Source: Selaginella moellendorffii
Lineage: Eukaryota > Plantae > Lycopodiophyta
Assembly: GCF_000143415.4 (NCBI RefSeq)
Contig: NW_003314326.1
Location: 434,001 to 498,000 of the forward strand
Reading direction: 5' to 3'
DNA: 64,000 nucleotides
Positions 61,342 to 64,000 of this stretch are shown here, in pieces. The position numbers and the translations under genes were made by a program. Numbering within the stretch: the first letter of the stretch is position 1; each line of letters starts with the position of its first letter. The notes under the pieces are model-generated. The model saw only the letters and a program-made list of their open reading frames with translations, was not told the origin of the DNA and made no database searches.

Positions 61342-64000
61342 GGCTCGCATAAGGCCACGGTATTCCAAAATGTTGCCCAAAAGTCCTAGACTGTGAAAAG
61401 GAAGAGGAGCTGTCCTCTAGTGTAGAGACCAGGGATATGGTCATGTGAGGGGGAAGTCCCAAAGGACCATGGGACTTAGTGGTCGGGCTTGATCCAGTAG
61501 TAGTGTTGGCGAACACGGCCATGGACGAAAAGGGACCTGATGAGGACTGGAAAAGGGATATTGGGGAAGGCTAATTCCCATGTCTGTGGGCATCCTAAGG
61601 ATGCTAAGGAGTGGATCTGGAATGATCACTCATGGACAGATGGCCCAGTTCTTGAGAGACAGGACTGTGATGTAGATGGTGTTAGACCACCGGTGTGACT
61701 AAGGTGAAGGGGCATATCTTTAGCGTAACAGGCTGATATGTCGATGGTACCTTGGGGTGTCGGTCATGGGATTGGACACATGGAGCATTTGGACCAAGTG
61801 CAAAGGTTGAGTGGCGACGATGTCATTCTTGGGGTTAGCAAGCCCAAGTCTGAAATAGGACTTATGGAGGTTGTGAGAGAGACTCCTCCAAGTGGTCGGA
61901 GTTGTGGTTTAAGTGACTAAAGTAGAATGGAAAATTTAGTCGCTTACACTGCTTGGGTCTAAGTTTAAGTTCCACACCATGCTAGCTGGTGGAGTATCCA
62001 TATCTTTGCATTAGACCACCAGTATACTAAAATTATGTTAGACTCCGTTTGGCTCCATTTTGCATATTGGTCCTAGCATTAGGATGCTGGAAACTCTAGG
62101 ATTGTTCCAAGTCACTCTGTGCTCCTGTCCCTTTACTCATTGGGCTGAATGCTTAGGAGTTATTCCATGCTCCAGTTCCTTCACTCCTTAATTACAAGCT
62201 TGGGAGTTTGGCTTTATTCCTTTGTTCAATGGCCAAAGGCCTTAAAACTAAAGTTCTACTCCACTGTTTTTGTATATGTGGCACGTGGCATATGGCATGT
62301 GACATATGGCATATGGAGGGTTTAAATTCTACTTCATAGTTATTCTATGGTAAATTACATTAGGATAAAGGGTGAAAACCACATACGCTACAGGATGCTC
62401 CAGAATTACGATACACAATTAAATTACTTAGTATGAAAGTTTGGCATATCTAACTTAAACACTGTACTGCAAGTGGCATTAAAGATGTGGTGAATGAGAT
62501 AGAGACACTCAATCTCGGTTGCTATGGACCCCTAGCCAGAAGGGTTAGCTTAGGTGCATTGCCAAATGTAAGGGATGCTTCTAGAATTATGATCAACAAC
62601 TTAAAGGTCTGGCAAACTTAATACCTATTGGTAAATACGTTAAGGTATCAATGTGAGATCATTAAGTAATCCTATGGCTAAAGAAAAACAAACTCCTTAT
62701 TAGGTCAAGGAATAAAGTTTTTAGTTTAGAGTGTTGATTTGAACTATTAGTAATAGTGTGACTTAGTCAAAGAGACCAAATGGGAAAGACACATAGGTGA
62801 AATGAATTATGATATTACAATGGTATTATAAGTTCAATAAATTAGTCTTTAAAGAAAGACCTATGGGAAGGTCACAAGGTTGCACTATAGATAAAGCCTC
62901 TAGTAGAAAATGATAAAGAGATTTATTAAAGATAAACACCCTCTAAATTTGGTAAAATAAAGCCTTTACTATGGAACCAAAAAAATACCTTAAGGATGGA
63001 GGTAATGATCCTATATTACTTAGTGTAATAATCAAAGGATAAAAGAAAAGGATTAGTGACCAAGAATGGGTTAAAGAAATTATTGGAAGGAATCCAAATG
63101 ATAAATTATGTGAGGAACACCCATATAATGGATACTAATGGATTGTGAGAAAAGAAATATGTTATTAAGGATGGAATTTTTCAAATGCTTTAATGTGGTG
63201 AAGATGAAAGTTCTAAGAGATGGAACAACAAAGTAGCCAAATAATATAGATAGCCGTAATACAAATTATGGATGAATGAAAATTAATACCTATAGTGGCA
63301 CAAAATAAAAGAGAGGATGATGGTGCTTTTAAGTAAAAGACCTCTTAAGATATGAAAGTGGAGTTTGCGCAATATGTGCAATACAAGGTGTTAGAAATAC
63401 CGAGAAAATTGACTCATGAAATCAATATGAAAGTTCCAAAGTATGATAGTTATGTTGATAGAGGTTGAGACTACTTTGGAATAAATAGTAAAATTGAGAT
63501 AGAGAAGGTGTTTCTAAAGGGTTTAGCGAGAGGTAAACAAAAAAAAGAAGAAAACCACCATAAGTGATATTATGAGTCTCTAAGATGAAGAAACCATACT
63601 TCTTAGAGGATGGGAAAGGTATGGTGAGCCTTTGGTGGCAAACCTTTGACAAATATTAGTTTAGTGTCAAAGATGAAAATGGTAATCCATAATGGGGTTA
63701 TTTTATAAAAAGATTTATTGTTCAATGAGGATATTGAACTTCATCTATGGGTGGTGGAGTTGTAAGACATAAATTCTTAAGCCCCAAAGTAGAGCTGAAA
63801 CTATGTTATATGGTAGTGATTAAAATGGAAGTTTAACAAGTGTAAAACATTGAAACCAAAAGCTCTGACTTGGGAAGTTAAGAACAGGAGTGGAACTCCA
63901 AATGAAGTGCTTGAGAAATAAGAAACAATTGATGAATGAATCTCTAAAAAAGGACACAAAAAGGACTAACACATGATAAGTGTCATGACACATGGTAAAT
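61342..64000 (+). repeat. Near-identical duplicate of 57636-60294 (offset 3706) across the gap at 61041-61140; probable assembly or haplotype artefact
   Basis: Identical ORFs recur at a 3706 offset. Only about three base differences are visible over 2.66 kb, which includes non-LTR flank. Confidence 0.85.

Overview
Eukaryotic nuclear DNA from a compact land-plant genome. The 45-60 bp introns, dense gene packing and PLS-PPR style suggest a lycophyte such as Selaginella (inference). A gene island at about 13.9-33 kb lies between AT-rich, decayed transposon regions. The island holds a stand-alone degenerate DEAD-box C-terminal-domain gene, a plastid Sec14/CRAL-TRIO gene (CPSFL1-like), an ARIADNE RBR E3 ligase, a PLS-E PPR gene with its pseudogene, sucrose-phosphate phosphatase, an organelle-targeted YjgA/DarP (DUF615) gene, an orphan 6-exon gene, and an intronless RtcB2-type RNA ligase with an extra N-terminal domain. 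Two divergent Crinkler/RHS-type P-loop NTPase + PD-(D/E)xK-like nuclease genes follow; one ends in a PHD finger and the other in a putative HEH/Rho-N-like module. The flanks contain degenerate Ty3/gypsy elements, Cassandra-like TRIMs whose LTRs carry a 5S rRNA-like segment, a complete non-autonomous 7.2 kb LTR element with minisatellite-bearing LTRs, a hAT remnant, an orphan 18S rDNA fragment with probable spacer repeats, several gene fragments (AVT1-like transporter, GH127, PPR) and a probable false duplication across a gap. All family assignments come from motif recognition by eye; no database searches were run.
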